Assembly (NCBI RefSeq): GCF_006345805.1
Contig: NC_043008.1
Location: 63,550,001-63,614,000 of the forward strand
Source: Octopus sinensis
Lineage: Eukaryota
DNA: 64,000 nucleotides
Direction: 5' to 3'
A program made the translations under genes and the position numbers. The notes beneath the pieces are model-generated. The model searched no databases. It had not been told where the DNA came from and worked only from the letters and a program-made list of their open reading frames with translations. Positions 37,841-51,511 of the stretch are shown piece by piece (position 1 is the first letter of the stretch; each line of letters opens with the position of its first letter).

Positions 37841-38464
37841 ATTCAATGTTTTATCAATAGTTGTTTCGGTTTTCATATTCTGAGTACTCAAGAAAGTGTG
37901 ATCAAGTTGTCTGTGTCTAACCAAAAACATATTGCATTTTAAAAGACACCCAAATAAAAGCAACAGAAAACATATTTTTCCAGGAAAATTCACTGACAAG
38001 AATATAGCAATTGTCACTGAAGTTGTCAACAAATGTTATTTGTCTCATTTGTTGACCTAAAGAAATATTGTCTCCAAGGCCTGCAGCATTTTGTATAATA
38101 AAGAAAACGTCTGAGATATTTGTCTATTGACGCAAGTGATAATAGCTAGAATTCTGATACAAGTTTTGTTCATGTGGTTCACCAAAAAGAATTACTGGAC
38201 ATCATTTGTTAAGAATGGAAAATAACCAGAGGAGTTATGCTACAAAAGAGAGTAGATTTTTGGTTATAAAAATAAATCCAGGAACAAGCAGGGAAGAAAG
38301 TAACGTGCTCTGGTTTCTCAAAAACTGGAAAGCACTTCCAAATGCCAAAACAGTTGGAAGAAGCTCTACTCAATGTGTGGAAAGAAATCTGTTTCGATGG
38401 GTGAGTTAGAGTATATAGAAACATATATGAAGGTATATGTGTGAATATATATATATATATATAT

Positions 38465-40083
38465 ATATGAAGGGATATATACATATATGTAAAATGTTCA
38501 TAGATTGATCAAGCTACTAAAATGGAATGTAACCGAATGAAGTTTATTTTTCAACATAATCCTCCTTGCCAACCACACACTTTTACTGGTGTTGCAGTGC
38601 TTGGATCTCATTGATGAAGAAGCTTTCACCCTGTTGGTAAAAGAAAGTCAGCAACAGCAGACATTTCATCATCCTTGCAGCACTGGTTTCTATCCAAGTG
38701 TTCTTCATGTAGAGGAACAAATGATAGTCAGATGGGGTCAATTCAGAAGAATAAGGAGGGTGATCAACTGGTTAAAATCCACAATCGTGAACGGCAGTCA
38801 TTGAAACTAAGGACTTGTGTGCTGGAGCAATATTCTGATAAAATAGACAATTGTTTTCAGGTTTCGTGGAAGTTTACTCTTGATAATCTTTCATAATTGC
38901 CTCGGCAAGTTAGCTTAGTACTTTCCTTTGAAGTGGTCCTTTTGAAGATAGTCAATGAACACAATGCCTTTTGCATCTCAATAAACTGAGGCCATCACCT
39001 TTCCTTACAATTGAAACAACCTTGGCTTTCTTTAGAACAGGTGAGAAGGAGTGCACCAATTGTCTCTTTATCTCTTTCTCAGAGTAACAAGCCCAACACT
39101 CATTCTGGGTTGGGAAATGTTTCAGGAAACCAGCTAGATCTGCCTCAAACAATATCAGATTTTCCCCTGATGCAGCCAACCTGGTACACTTTTCATTAGG
39201 TGTCAGAAGACATGACACCCACCTAACATAAACTTTTGTCATGCCAAGTTTATTATGCAGAATATTCTCAACTCCTTCATGAGACAGGATTGGCTAATAG
39301 AATTAACTGTTTGATTTATAGTCAATGGCCTGTCATCTATCACCATGTGGTGAACACAATCAATGGTTTCCTTGGTGGTAGCTGTTTCAGGACGTCCAGA
39401 TTTTGGGTCATCTTCAAGACTCTCCATTCCCTTTCCAAATTCAGCTGCCTACTTTGGCACTTTGATAAACCTGGAGAATTTTCCCCTAATGTAGCAACCA
39501 TGCTGGCATGAATGTCATCGGTGGTTAAGCCCTTCTTCAGTGGAGGCACATGGCCTAGTGGTTAGAGCAGCGGACTCACAGTCAAGGAATCACGGGTTTG
39601 AATCTCAGACCGGACGATGTGTGTGTTTATGAGTGAAACACCTAAGCTCCACGCAGCTCCGGCAGAAGGTAATGGTGAAACTTCTGCTGACTCTTTCGCC
39701 ACAACTTTCTCTCACTCTTTCCTCCTGCATCTTGCAGCTCACCTGCAATGGACCAGTGTCCCGTCCAAGTGGGGAACCTATATGCCAAGAAACTAGGAAA
39801 CCGGCCCTTATGATCCAGACATGGCTCGAGAAGGAACAAACAACAAAAAAGCCCTTCTTCTGCAGGTACTTGATAACATGATGATATCAAATTTTGTTCA
39901 TTTTTGAAAGAAGTTGCTACTAGTTACTTTCGAAGTCTTTTTTTTGAACAATCAGATGTCAGTTTACCACAAGAGAAACAATGCAGTTGTAAATAAGAAG
40001 GGCTGGAATTAATGCATGCAAGATTTCACAGCTCTAGCACCATTCCTTTATAGTCAGCCAATGAACTTTTTGTCCCACTCTCG
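38465..40083 (-). mobile_element. Near-full-length decayed mariner (irritans/Hsmar2-like)
   Basis: MNKI*YHHVIKYLQKKGL, LEDDPKSGRP, VRWVSCLLTP, KKAKV, HPPYSSEL.PSDYHLF, IQALQH..K..EDYVEK; right end reverse complement TA-CGAGAGTGGGACAAAAAGTTCATTGG; left TIR degraded. Confidence 0.9.
39541..39848 (+). mobile_element. SINE, head B-variant + T1-like tail, nested in the mariner
   Basis: TSD AAGCCCTTCTTC at 39527-39538 / 39849-39860 duplicates the KKGL codons of the transposase. Confidence 0.92.
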
Positions 40084-40254
40084 TATTATTTTCTATAAAT
40101 TTTTCGATATTTATTTGCCAATATTGTGTTTCTATTCCCTACCCCATCTTTTATATAAATGTGTGTAACATCTCTAAAAGCCCTGTACCCACTTTCTAAC
40201 ACATTTTTATGTGAATGAATAGGCCTTAATGGCAAATAAAATGAACTGATCATC

Positions 40255-40811
40255 AACATAATCATTACCATTGTCAACATCATCATCATCGTATAAATAT
40301 ATTCATCATCATTATAATCATCATCATAGTCGTTGTCATCATTGCCGTCGTCATCATCATCATCATCACTGTCATCATCATCACCATATTCATCATCATC
40401 AATAATAATATTATTGCAGGAACGTATTGGCCACTGTCCATAGAATTAACTGTATAGAATTTAAAAAGACTTTCACACACTGACACAGCTTCAAAGCAAT
40501 TAAATCTGTTTCTTTTATTATTGAAGATTAGGATGTAAATTTCTATCAAATACTCAGATATTTCCTGATTTTCCTGCCAACAGAACTTAATTGAATATTT
40601 ACAAATCACTAACTAGATTTTTCCTGATTTAAGTGTCAGTCTCTTGAAAGGTGGGTGTAGCATTTGACACATTACAAATGTTCATGACCAACAATTCAGA
40701 GTAATATGACAGACTCCAGTTAGAGCAAAGTAATAAAATAATAAAGCCATGATTATTTCACAAGACTTTCAATAAACTGTGTAATTCATTTCTGTGTTTC
40801 TTTTCCATTAC

Positions 40812-40844
<33 letters not shown>

Positions 40845-40885
40845 CATACATACATACATATATATATATATATAATATATATATA

Positions 40886-40934
<49 letters not shown>

Positions 40935-40937
40935 TAC

Positions 40938-40988
<51 letters not shown>

Positions 40989-41495
40989 TTTGCTTGTTTG
41001 TTTTGTGTTTTAGGTTATTTATTTTTTGCTGCTCCGTCTTTGATCTTTTTCATTAAACCAAATCAACATTAAAAAAAAATGTAAATATATAATATTGAAA
41101 TGAAATTAAAATTTAATAAAGTTAATAAAAAACGAAAAAAAATGTAATCTAAAATAAATTTTCTGTCCAATCCCAAATTTTTAGGATTGAAATATTTTCA
41201 GACACTAAGAAATTAATTCTTTCATTAGGAAAAACCACTTCATTAAATTGATTATGAAATTAAAAAAAGTGTTATGTTTATATTATTCTCTAGTGCTCTC
41301 TCTCTTTCTCTCTCACTTTCTCTATAATAAATATGTGTGTGAATGTGCACAGTTTATATATCTTTGAATGTGTTTATGCCTGTATAAATGTGTGTGTGAC
41401 TGTATATTTATACATATACATACATGCATATACATATATATATGTATTTATATACACACACACACACATACATATTATATATACGTATATATATA

Positions 41496-41557
<62 letters not shown>

Positions 41558-41610
41558 TAAATATGTATGTATATGTGTGTGTGAATGCAAAGGTTAATCT
41601 CTGTATGTGT
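40255..41610. repeat. Microsatellite blocks: (CAT)n 40255-40410, (TA)n 40805-40985, mixed 41330-41610
   Basis: Direct read. Confidence 0.95.
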
Positions 41611-42910
41611 GCATAAATATTTGGATCAGTGAACATTTCTATTTCAAAAGAAGAAAAAGTACTCAATACATAAAGTTTATAAAGTTTATTAGAAGCTGTT
41701 AGTTTGTGTCATAATGTCAATTATTCAAGAAACTAAAGAAATGATGTAACCTCAAAATACACAAGTAAAGATATTCTTAAACACATAGTAATCAAGGATT
41801 CTTGGTTTCTAAAAGATGCATTACACATTATTCTATTAAAGTTTTACATGCAAAAGGCAATGTTCATCTATACATGTGGTATTTACATTTTTCAGCATCA
41901 TATGTGTAAAACACACAAGCACAAGAAAAATGAATTTTAATGGTCTTTTGTTTAGATGAAAAACTGAATGTTTCACTTTTTTATTTCAATGTTTAACCTT
42001 CTTTCAGGGCATAACAAAATTTTTATGCAAGATGTAAAATATTTTAGCCATTTGGAATTTGGAAATACTTCAGTATATTTAAATTGAAGTTTGTGTTAGA
42101 ATTAAATAATTCTGCTTTTTTGTTTGAAGTGGCAAAAAGCCCTAACAGGACATTATATTCCTGTAAGAGACAAAGGTTGCTTCTTGACTCATTAATGTAA
42201 AGAGCATATGTTTTATAATGAACTAACTTTGCAATTGTCAATTTTATTATTTGTTAACCTCCTTAACTATTTGCTTAGTGAGTTGGTAAGCATCCTTCTG
42301 GATGTCTGAATCATAAGTGACAAGAATTTTTATAAAAGGATTTTCAGAAAATTGTGTATAGCTTGATGCTTTGTGTTTATTTTCAAGATAGACTCATTAA
42401 ATTTATACTTTATAAAATACAGGCCAGAGAGAAGATATAAAAATGTTGTTGCAATTACAGTAATTAAAAAAGGTTTTGTATTCATAACAAGGAAGCTATT
42501 ATTTGTGAGCAGTAGATACAGTAAATATTTTGGTGCAGCTGTAACTCATTTTAACATTATTTCTATAAAAGATTTTGTGACATGTATAGAAAGGCTTTTG
42601 TGAAGTTAACATATGTAATATTAAAGAAATGAAGGTGTCATTACATGTGAATAGATTAATACAACACATGAAAATAATGCTTTACAGAGACAACTTGTAA
42701 ATAGTAAAAGGAACTGGAAAAGGAAAAGCAAGAAATATAAGAATTGATAATATCAGGAATTGGACAAACTTAAAATACAGTAACTGTTTAAAAATGCACG
42801 AGAAAGTGTAGAATGGTATTCTTCTGTATCAAACCAACCACAAGCAGGTGACACTTGATAATGAGCTTATGTTCTGGTTATAAAAACTGTGACACAGTTT
42901 CTATATTGTT

Positions 42911-43137
42911 GAGCTGGCAGAAACGTTAGCGCGTCGGGCGAAATGCGTAGCCGTATATCATCTGCCGTTAAGTGTTCTGGGTTCAAATTCTGCCGAGGAC
43001 GACTTTGCCTTTCATCCTTTCGGGGTCGATAAATTAAGTACCAGTGATGCACTGGGGTCGATGTAATCGACTTAATCCCTTTGTCTGTCCTTGTTTGTCC
43101 CCCCTGTGTGTAGCCCCTTGTGGGTAGTAAAGAAATA
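42911..43137 (+). mobile_element. SINE family D, young
   Basis: TSD TATATTGTT at 42902-42910 / 43138-43146. Confidence 0.92.
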
Positions 43138-43358
43138 TATATTGTTTTAGCAACTACTAAAATGTTAATAAATAATATTATTTCAAGGTGTTCAATACAA
43201 GGGTACTGTTTGTTCTTTTCCCTTGATTAAATGACTGACAATGTAATTACAGGTGTTCTGACATCCAACTACCTTGTTTTTGTTACATACAAAGATTTCC
43301 ATCTCTGGCTTACCTGCTTACAATCACACTACACCTCTCATGCACCTATAGGTTATAT

Positions 43359-43735
43359 GAGGCAGATGTGGCTGTGTGGCATGAAGTTAACTTCTTGACC
43401 GCATTGTTCTGGGCTCAGTACCACTGCATGGCACCTTAGTAAAGTGCCTTCTACTATACCGCAGGACTGACCAATATCTTACAAATGGATTTGGTAGATA
43501 GAAACTAACTGAAGCCTGTTGTATATGTATCTGTGTCTTTGTGTTTGCATTTGTTTCATACCACCTTTCACAACCGGTGTTGGTTTGTTTACATCCCCGT
43601 AAATAAGCAGTTCAGCAAAAGCAGCCCATAGAATAATTGTCTTGTTTCAAAATGTAAGCACTGGAGCCGATTTGTTTGATTAACATACTAGCACGGCTGC
43701 AGTCCAGTGATGACAGAAACAAATAAAAACTAAAC
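43359..43735 (+). mobile_element. SINE family A, old
   Basis: Degraded full copy. Confidence 0.75.
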
Positions 43736-43818
43736 AATAAAGTATCTCTGTGTTTGTGCACATGTGTGTTTATGTATGCGTGTGGGAAGTATCTTCACAG
43801 GTCTTCTATGTTTTATAG

Positions 43819-44147
43819 CTATCACGTGATCAAGTGATTTACCAGGCTATCAGATATCGTTACACATCGCTGGTCCCAATGTGCTTCACATTGTTTTAGC
43901 CTTCAAATGACGCCACACCACTGGCTAAGCAGCCAGGCCAATAGAAGAAAGAGTGAAAGAAAGTTGTGGTGAAAGAAAGTTGTGGCAAAAGAGTACAGCA
44001 GGGATCACCACCACCCCCTGCTGGAGCCTCGTGGAGCTTTTAGGTGTTTTCACTCAATAAACACTCACAACACCCGGTCTGGGAATTGAAACTGTGATCC
44101 TACGACCGCAAGTCCGCTGCCTTAACCACTGGGCCATTGTGCCTCCA
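43819..44147 (-). mobile_element. SINE, head B + tail T3
   Basis: TSD TGTTTTATAG at 43809-43818 / 44150-44159. Confidence 0.88.
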
Positions 44148-44480
44148 TGTGTTTTATAGTACCTATGTTTTATAGTGCCTTGGGTGACAGCATGAAGCAA
44201 GAATGGTAGGGCATTTACCAAAGAGTTTAATGACATCTACTTAACCTCTGCATATAGGAGAGTGTATGTTTATACAGGACCACAAGTGTGGGTACAGACG
44301 TAACTATATGTGGGTGCTGACACACATGTTTTACTTTTTTGCATGTTTTATTTTTCTTATTCTTATTATTTTCTTAATTACTCCCTGTCTTTCTCTATAA
44401 AGTTGCGATGGAATCAGTCCCCCACCATTCCTGGCCAGCGGCTTAAACATACAGTCACTAACAACAAGGTGTATTAAAAC

Positions 44481-45520
44481 TGAGTGAAACATGGGCTGTG
44501 ACAGTCAAGGAAATGAATAGGCTTGAAAGAAAGGAAGTCAGCATGCTTCATTAGATGTGCAATGTCAGTGTGCATGGTCAACAGAGTGTAAACATCTTGA
44601 GAGAAAAGTTAGGCATAAGGGGCATCAGACGTTGTGTGCAAGAGAGACCCTGCACTGGTATGGTCATGTGATGTGTATGAACGAGGACAGCTGTGTAAAG
44701 TAGCTTCGATCTCTGACTGTGGAGGGAGCCTGTGGTAGAGGTGGACCCAGGAAGACATGGGACGAGGTGTTGAAGCATGATCTCTGAACTTTGGGCCTCA
44801 TAAAGGCAATGACTAGAGACCAAGACCTTTGACAATATGCAGTACTTGAGAAAACCCATCCAGCAAAGTGAAATTAAAGTTTTGGCTGATGCTGATGTCA
44901 CATAACTGGCACCCATGCCAGTGATAGCATCCATAGCTGTGGTGGAATCTGTGCCAGTATGACGTAAAGAGCACTGTTTCAGTGTTGGGCCTAATGTAGG
45001 CAAAGTGGCTGAACTTCTTTCGAGTGTTGGGTCTCATGGAGACAATGACTGAGACCTTTGGCATTATATCATGCTTGAGATGAAAACCCTTTAAACCGAG
45101 CCAAACTGCAGTTGAGGAAGATATGGGCCTCATGGAGGCAATGACCAAGACCTTTGAAGCACCTTGTGAATGTTGGGCCCCTCGGAAGCAAAGTGGCCGA
45201 GCTGCTTTCGAGTCTTGGCCCTCACAAATTTAATGACCGAGACCTTTGGCATTATGTCATACTTGAGAAGAAGATCCATCAAGCTGAGCAAAATCCCAGT
45301 CATGGCCGATACTGGTGTCATGCAAATGGCACCCATTCCAGTGGCATGTAAAAGCACCTATTGCACTCTCAGAGTGGTTGGCATTAAGAAGGGCATCCAG
45401 CCATAGAAACCATGCAAAAGCAGACTGGAGTCTGGTGCAGCCTTCCAGCTTGCCAGCCTCAGTCAAACTATCCAACCCATGCCAGCATGGACAACAGACA
45501 TTAATGACAGAAATGTTAAA
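44481..45520 (+). mobile_element. 5'-truncated RTE LINE: ORF C-terminus plus 3' UTR
   Basis: SETWAVTVKEMNRLER...MC...LREKLGI..., then LHWYGHV...GACGRGGPRKTWDEVLKHDL...MTRDQDL; continues into the GGTTGGCATTAAGAAGGGCATCCAGC 3' UTR and GGACAACAGACATTAATGA end. Confidence 0.92.
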
Positions 45521-45801
45521 ATAACAAAAGAATGAAAGAGACATCAGTATTATGTAAATAGAGGAATTTATCTGTAAATGTAATATGTGACAATTATTCA
45601 ATAGCCATGATAAAACTCTCAGTTTTGGATGTTGTGGCAGAAACCCACGGCGCCATCTCTTCAGTTATCTGGCCATTAAAAGGGTAGCATTTTTCGATGG
45701 ACAAATAATTGAAGAGATGGCAGTTTTGGTTTCCGCCCCGACATCTGAAACTCAGAGTTTTATCATTGCTACCAAATAATTGTCCCATATTATATTTACA
45801 G

Positions 45802-45851
<50 letters not shown>

Positions 45852-46734
45852 ATATATATATAAATACATGTGCATATATACGTGCATGTATACATAAATA
45901 TACATCTATTTATTTATAAAAGTATGTACACAGAAAATAATAGGATGCACCTAAAAAATGAAAATATAAGTATAAGCTACAAAGATGGATATTTTGAGCT
46001 TTAGCTGCAATAAGTAAAATATGTTAAAACATTTTTTCAGTTCATTATCAATATTTTTCCTGTTACTTTCACAAATGCAGTACATTAAGAAGTCAGTATA
46101 AAATTTATGTACCTATCCATCTGTATGTTGATCTGTTTATTTTCATATCCTTATGCTTACATACGTGTGCCCCCCACCCCCACACACACATGCACACCCA
46201 CACACATTGAAATATTTCTGTTCCCCCAATTCATTACCCTTTCTCTCCCTCTCTTTCTCTCTATCTTATAAATTCTCTTTCTCTCTTCTTCTCTCCCTGC
46301 TTATCTTTCTGTGTTTCTCTCTCATTATATATGTTTCTTGCAAATAAATTTACATCCCAGTAGAAAGTATTCTTAGCATACATTATGAGGAAGTATTTTT
46401 TGCCTTTGAAAATATATGAAATAATACACAGCAAAATACATCGAATATATATGTTTGTGTACAGGTTTGTGTGTGTGTACATAAGTGCATATGCAAGTGT
46501 GTGTGTGTGTGTAATCAAATTTAGGAGAGGTGAGAAGTAAAACATATTCAATGTGTTTACTGTTCTTTGGTAGTCAGCTTTCAGCTATGAAACAGCTGTA
46601 AGCATAATGAATAAAACTTTTTTTACCTCTCATTGCTCTCAAATTTGATTTTACACACATGCATGCACACACACACAGATACACACACACATGCATACGC
46701 ACACAATAAATATATGTATTATATTGGTTACAAA

Positions 46735-46935
46735 TTTTTGCACAAGGCCAGAAATTTGAGGATAGGGGGAAGTCAATTACATCAACCCCAGTTTTCAGCT
46801 GGTACATATTTTATAGACCCTGAGAAGATGAAAGGTCAAATCAACCTCCGTGGAATTTGAACTCAGAATGTAGATGGACAAAATATCACTAAGCATTTTG
46901 CCCTGCATGTTAATGAGTTTGCCAACTCACCCCCT
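46735..46935 (-). mobile_element. SINE family D, old
   Basis: GGAATTTGAACTCAGAATGT...TTTGCCAACTCACC. Confidence 0.75.
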
Positions 46936-46943
46936 TAGATATA

Positions 46944-47177
46944 CAGGGTGAGTCAAAAGTAGCGCCTAGTTTCTAGGAAGGCATTCCTTTGTTGCTTTGC
47001 AGATTCTTACTGACAGTTACGAAAGTTACTGAATCTGGATCCTTTATCATGTTGGTAATACTCTTTGATATCCCAAATCTGTAGAGCAAGAGTTAGGAGT
47101 CAAAAGTATCCCCCAGTTGTTAAGTCATACATATCAACTCTAAAACAAGAAATGGGGACTAGTTTTGACTCACCCTT
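46944..47177. mobile_element. Tc1/mariner-type MITE, 234 bp
   Basis: TA|CAGGGTGAGTCAAAAGTAG ... CTAGTTTTGACTCACCCTT|TA. Confidence 0.85.
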
Positions 47178-47244
47178 TATATATTATATTGATTGACATA
47201 TAGAAAGGTAGAGAGATCTGCTTTTGCATACATCGAAATCAAAT

Positions 47245-47725
47245 TCAATGACTGGTATGCATGCTAGTGGAGCGCTAAGAGCACCATCCGAGCGTGCTCA
47301 TTGCCAGAGCAGGTAACTGGATTCTGTGCCGGTGGCACATAAAAAGCCCCATTTGAACATGATCATTACCATCATTGCTTTACTGGTACGTGATAAAAAC
47401 ATTTGAGTGAGGTCATTGCCAGTGCCGCTGGAGTAGTGAGTTCAATTCTTGGACCAGGCAGTGTGTTGCGTTCTTGAACAAGACACTTTATTTCATGTTG
47501 CACCAGTTCACTCAGTTATAGAAATGGGTTGCGATGTCACTGGTGCCAGGCTGTATCTGCAGTTCCCTTGGATCACATAGGTGGCATGAGGAAAGTAGGC
47601 TGATATGCATGGGTGATTGCTGGCCTTCCATAAACAACCTAGCCCAGACTTGTACCTCAGAGGAGAACTTTCTAGATGCATACCAATAGTCATTCATAAT
47701 CGAAGGTAGGGTCTTTACCCTTTTT
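47245..47725 (+). mobile_element. RTE 3' UTR piece (47245-47430) followed by a head-truncated SINE C (47440-47725)
   Basis: First part matches 60455-60620; second part matches 18050-18347. Confidence 0.8.
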
Positions 47726-47744
47726 AAGCTGACATTGTACCAAT

Positions 47745-47935
47745 ATTTGTTTTAGACTGTGGCATAAAGTTTGAAACTCTGACTCCAGGGCTCAACTAAT
47801 ACTCACTTTATTGATACTGAAAAGATGATAGGTAAATTCGAACTTGGTGGAATTAGAACTCAGAACATGAATACAAATGAAATACTACTAAGCAATTTGC
47901 CCAGCAAGCTTATAATTCAGCCAGCGCAGCACCTT
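47745..47935 (-). mobile_element. SINE family D, old
   Basis: GGAATTAGAACTCAG...TAAGCAATTTGCCC. Confidence 0.6.
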
Positions 47936-47974
47936 AACAATGTACCAATATTCTTTTCTACTCTAGGTACAAGG

Positions 47975-48077
47975 CCCGAAATGTAAAAGACTTTTTCAAT
48001 TCCTGAGCATTATACTAATACATCTGTTTGTTTTCTATCCTACCTGTCTTCGTCTTTTGTTTTTTTCATTGATTTCT

Positions 48078-48078
<1 letters not shown>
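47975..48078 (+). mobile_element. Penelope-like terminal repeat fragment, ending in (TA)n
   Basis: GGCCCGAAATGTAAAAGACTTTTTC...ACTAATACATCTGTTTG...CCTGTCTTCGTC; homologous to 13063. Confidence 0.5.
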
Positions 48079-48163
<85 letters not shown>

Positions 48164-48492
48164 ATGTATGTATGTACGTATGTATGTATATTATACTTTT
48201 ACAAGAACAGGGATGACAGTGCCTTCAAAACTAATTTTTGTTATATTTTGTTTTACTTTTATGATTCCTTATTCTGTCTCTCATATTTTGAATATAAACT
48301 CTACGAACACAAACGAATTCTTGAAGCAAATCCAGTGGCTTATACCACCATTTTGTTGCTGACATCAGGTAGTCAAATACTGTGGACAGGCTTTAAACTG
48401 CATACTACAAGGTGTATAAGTGTACACCTGAATATAAAATTATATATATATATATAAATATATATCTCTCTCTCTCTTTCTCTCTCTTTCTT

Positions 48493-48564
<72 letters not shown>

Positions 48565-48567
<3 letters not shown>

Positions 48568-48951
48568 GAGGCGCAATGGCCCAGTGGTTAGGACAGCGAA
48601 CTCGCGGTCATAGGATCGCGGTTTCAATTCCCAGACTGGGCGTTGTGAGTGTTTATTGAGCGAAAACACCTAAAGCTCCATGATGCTCCGGCAGGGTATG
48701 GTGGTGATCCCTGCTGTACTCTTTCACCACAACTTTCTCTCACTCTTACTTCCTGTTTCTGTTGTACCTGTATTTCAAAGGGCCGGCCTTGTCACTCTCT
48801 GTGTCACGCTGAATATCCCCGAGAACTACGTTAAGGGTACACGTGTCTGTGGAGTGCTCAGCCATTACACGTTAATTTCACGAGCAGGCTGTTCCGTTGA
48901 TTCGGATCAACCGGAACCCTCGTCGTCGTAACCGACGGAGTGCTTCCATCC
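48565..48951 (+). mobile_element. SINE, head B + tail T4, young
   Basis: CpG-rich; TSD ATATATATGTA at 48554-48564 / 48952-48962 (partly microsatellite). Confidence 0.9.
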
Positions 48952-49479
48952 ATATATATGTATATGTATGTGTGTATATGTATTTGTAATAGCTATTGAC
49001 ATTTAAGATATATTTTCTGGGGAATAACATCAATTTGTGTTTCAGTTTGATTGGATTGCCATATGAATTGAAAGAAATTCTCGAAATTTTTAAATAATAT
49101 ATTTTATTTCATTTTGTAAGGATTGTACATAACTGAGGGGCACAATAAAGTCATTGTAGAAAATATGAAAATTTGATATGAAGGCAATGTCATATTTGAT
49201 TCGCAAATCAAAAATGATGCTGAAACAAGATTTAACATCTCCATCGCATGCACACAACATCATATACACACATGCACGCACTAACATTCATACTGGTGTA
49301 AACGCACCCACACACACACACACACATGCATGCATAGATGTGTTGCAAAATATTTACAATTTTCTTCACTTTGGCTTTTGATTTTGATTCTGTTCGCATC
49401 CTACTTTTGTTTAGCAAATTGGAAGAATGTCTGCTGTTGTTTCAATGTTTGTTATTTTACTTACTTTCGAAATTCCTGT

Positions 49480-49539
49480 CACATCATCGTCATCCCCACC
49501 ACCACCACCACCATCATCACCACCACCACCACCACCACA

Positions 49540-49572
<33 letters not shown>

Positions 49573-50030
49573 TGCATCATCACAGCCATATCACCACCAC
49601 CACCACTACCACCAGCATCACCATCACCACCACTCCCAATCAAGAGCATCATCATCATCATCATCATCATCACCACCACCACCACCACCAACACCAACAC
49701 CACCACCACCACCACCATCACCACCACCATCATCATCTGCATCATCACAACCATATCACCACCACCACTACCACCAGCATCACCACCATCACCATCACCA
49801 CCACTCCCAATCAACAGCATCATCATCATCATCATCATCACCACCTCCACCATCACCACCACCACCATCATTACCATTATCAGCTACTGCTGATGATGAT
49901 AATGGCAGTACCGTGAACCCCCCACCACTGCATCTCCATCACCACCACCACCACCACCACTGTTATGGCCATTACCATTATGATCACCACTACTAACAAC
50001 CACTACCATTATCCTCACCTCCACCATTAT
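49480..50030. repeat. (CAC/CAT)n trinucleotide field with an internal duplication of about 130 bp
   Basis: Direct read; ATCTGCATCATCACA(G/A)CCATATCACC...CTCCCAATCAA occurs twice. Confidence 0.95.
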
Positions 50031-51004
50031 TATCCCGAAGAATCATTTGGGTTAATACATTGTTGTGTACAACCAGCAATTCATCACATAATTGCAGACG
50101 TGTTTTGCAGATGATGATTGCTACATAGAGAAAATACAATGTTTTGCAAATGGTTAGAATTATAGTGAATATGATACACATCATCCTATATAAGTTGGTG
50201 GCAATACAGGTGCTGTTTATCTAGTTAATTACGTGGTTGAGCTTTCATGTTCAGAAAATTCCTGTGATTCTAAAATACTGTTCTTGTAAGATTCTTTGGT
50301 TTTAATCAAGTGAAGACTTAACCAGTTGAATAAAAAGAAAAAATTACAGTTATATCAGAATTCTTGTTTTATCTATTATTGTCTTTAACATACTATAGCT
50401 TTTGTTTTATTGTCACCAATGTACTTTACTAACACCTTTATCTGTGTTATTTTCTTTGTGGTTTTTCGGCTTTTGTTGAATACTGCAAATTTGCAGAGAT
50501 TTATTACGACTGTTTTCAGTTGAAATATGTATTTATTTTCAGAGATTTAGGAGGAAAATGTTAGTTATTAGAGGTGATATAACGATTAGTAAATTATAAA
50601 GAAAATAAAAACTTCAATGAGAGTTAGAAAAGCAATAACAGCTTGTTACATTCACAGAATGGAAGCTAGAATTTTCAATTTCAAATACACTTAAGAAACA
50701 TACAAGTATTGATTCCATGTTAATGCCAAAAACTGCAAAAGGCAGTAATTGCTTTCTTATCATTTAAATTATACAGATTTCGAGGTATGGCATTCAAAAT
50801 TAAAATTGTTAATTGTTTGTTTTAAACAGAATGTTTTCGGTCACAAATAATTGTGCAAATATGTGCAAAACTTTAGATAGCACATTTCATGGCATTATGG
50901 AAAATTCTTGGTGCATACAATATTGTGAAAGGCTCTGTCTTTATATTTATTCATAGCCAAGTTCTAGAACAGCAAGTTACCTTTTTAGATTTCACCCTAT
51001 TCCT

Positions 51005-51370
51005 TCTACTCATTTCAGTTGTCGGACTGTGGCCATGCTGGGGCAACACCTAGAAGAATTTTAGTCAAATAAATCGATCCCAGAAATTATTGGGTTTTTA
51101 AACATTGGTACTTATATAAGCCTCTTAGGCCAAACTTGCAGAGTTACAAGAATGCAAACACAGCAATACCAGCTGTGAAGTAATTGTAAGGGACAAACAT
51201 CAACACAGAGGTTCACATATATATATATGATGGACTTCTTTCTATTTCTGGTTACCAAATCCACTCACAAGGCTTTTGGTCAGCCCAAGGCTATAAAAGA
51301 AGGCACTTGCCTAAGGTGCCACCCAGTGGGACTAAATCTTGTACCATGTGGTTGAGAAGCAAACATCTTA
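51005..51370 (-). mobile_element. SINE family A, old
   Basis: Degraded reverse copy. Confidence 0.75.
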
Positions 51371-51511
51371 TGAATATTTTTCAATTCATGGCATAACATT
51401 TGATGAGCAACATAATCCTTATGCATGAATGTAATGTATTGGTCAGCAGTTCATATATCTATAAAAGATGCATGCTCTAAAACATGAGAGTAGTAATATT
51501 TAGAAAGTTAA

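Noticed and set aside
38200-38410. KTGKHFQMPKQLEEALLNVWKEICFD (Tc1-like C-terminus) and a GTGAGT donor
   Set aside because: No recognisable upstream DDE or WP..SPDL motif, no TIR, and no matching acceptor.
42065-42180. Minus-strand acceptor (CTTTGTCTCTTACAG) then EYNVLLGLFATSNKK
   Set aside because: Weak donor and no homology; such sites occur by chance in AT-rich DNA.
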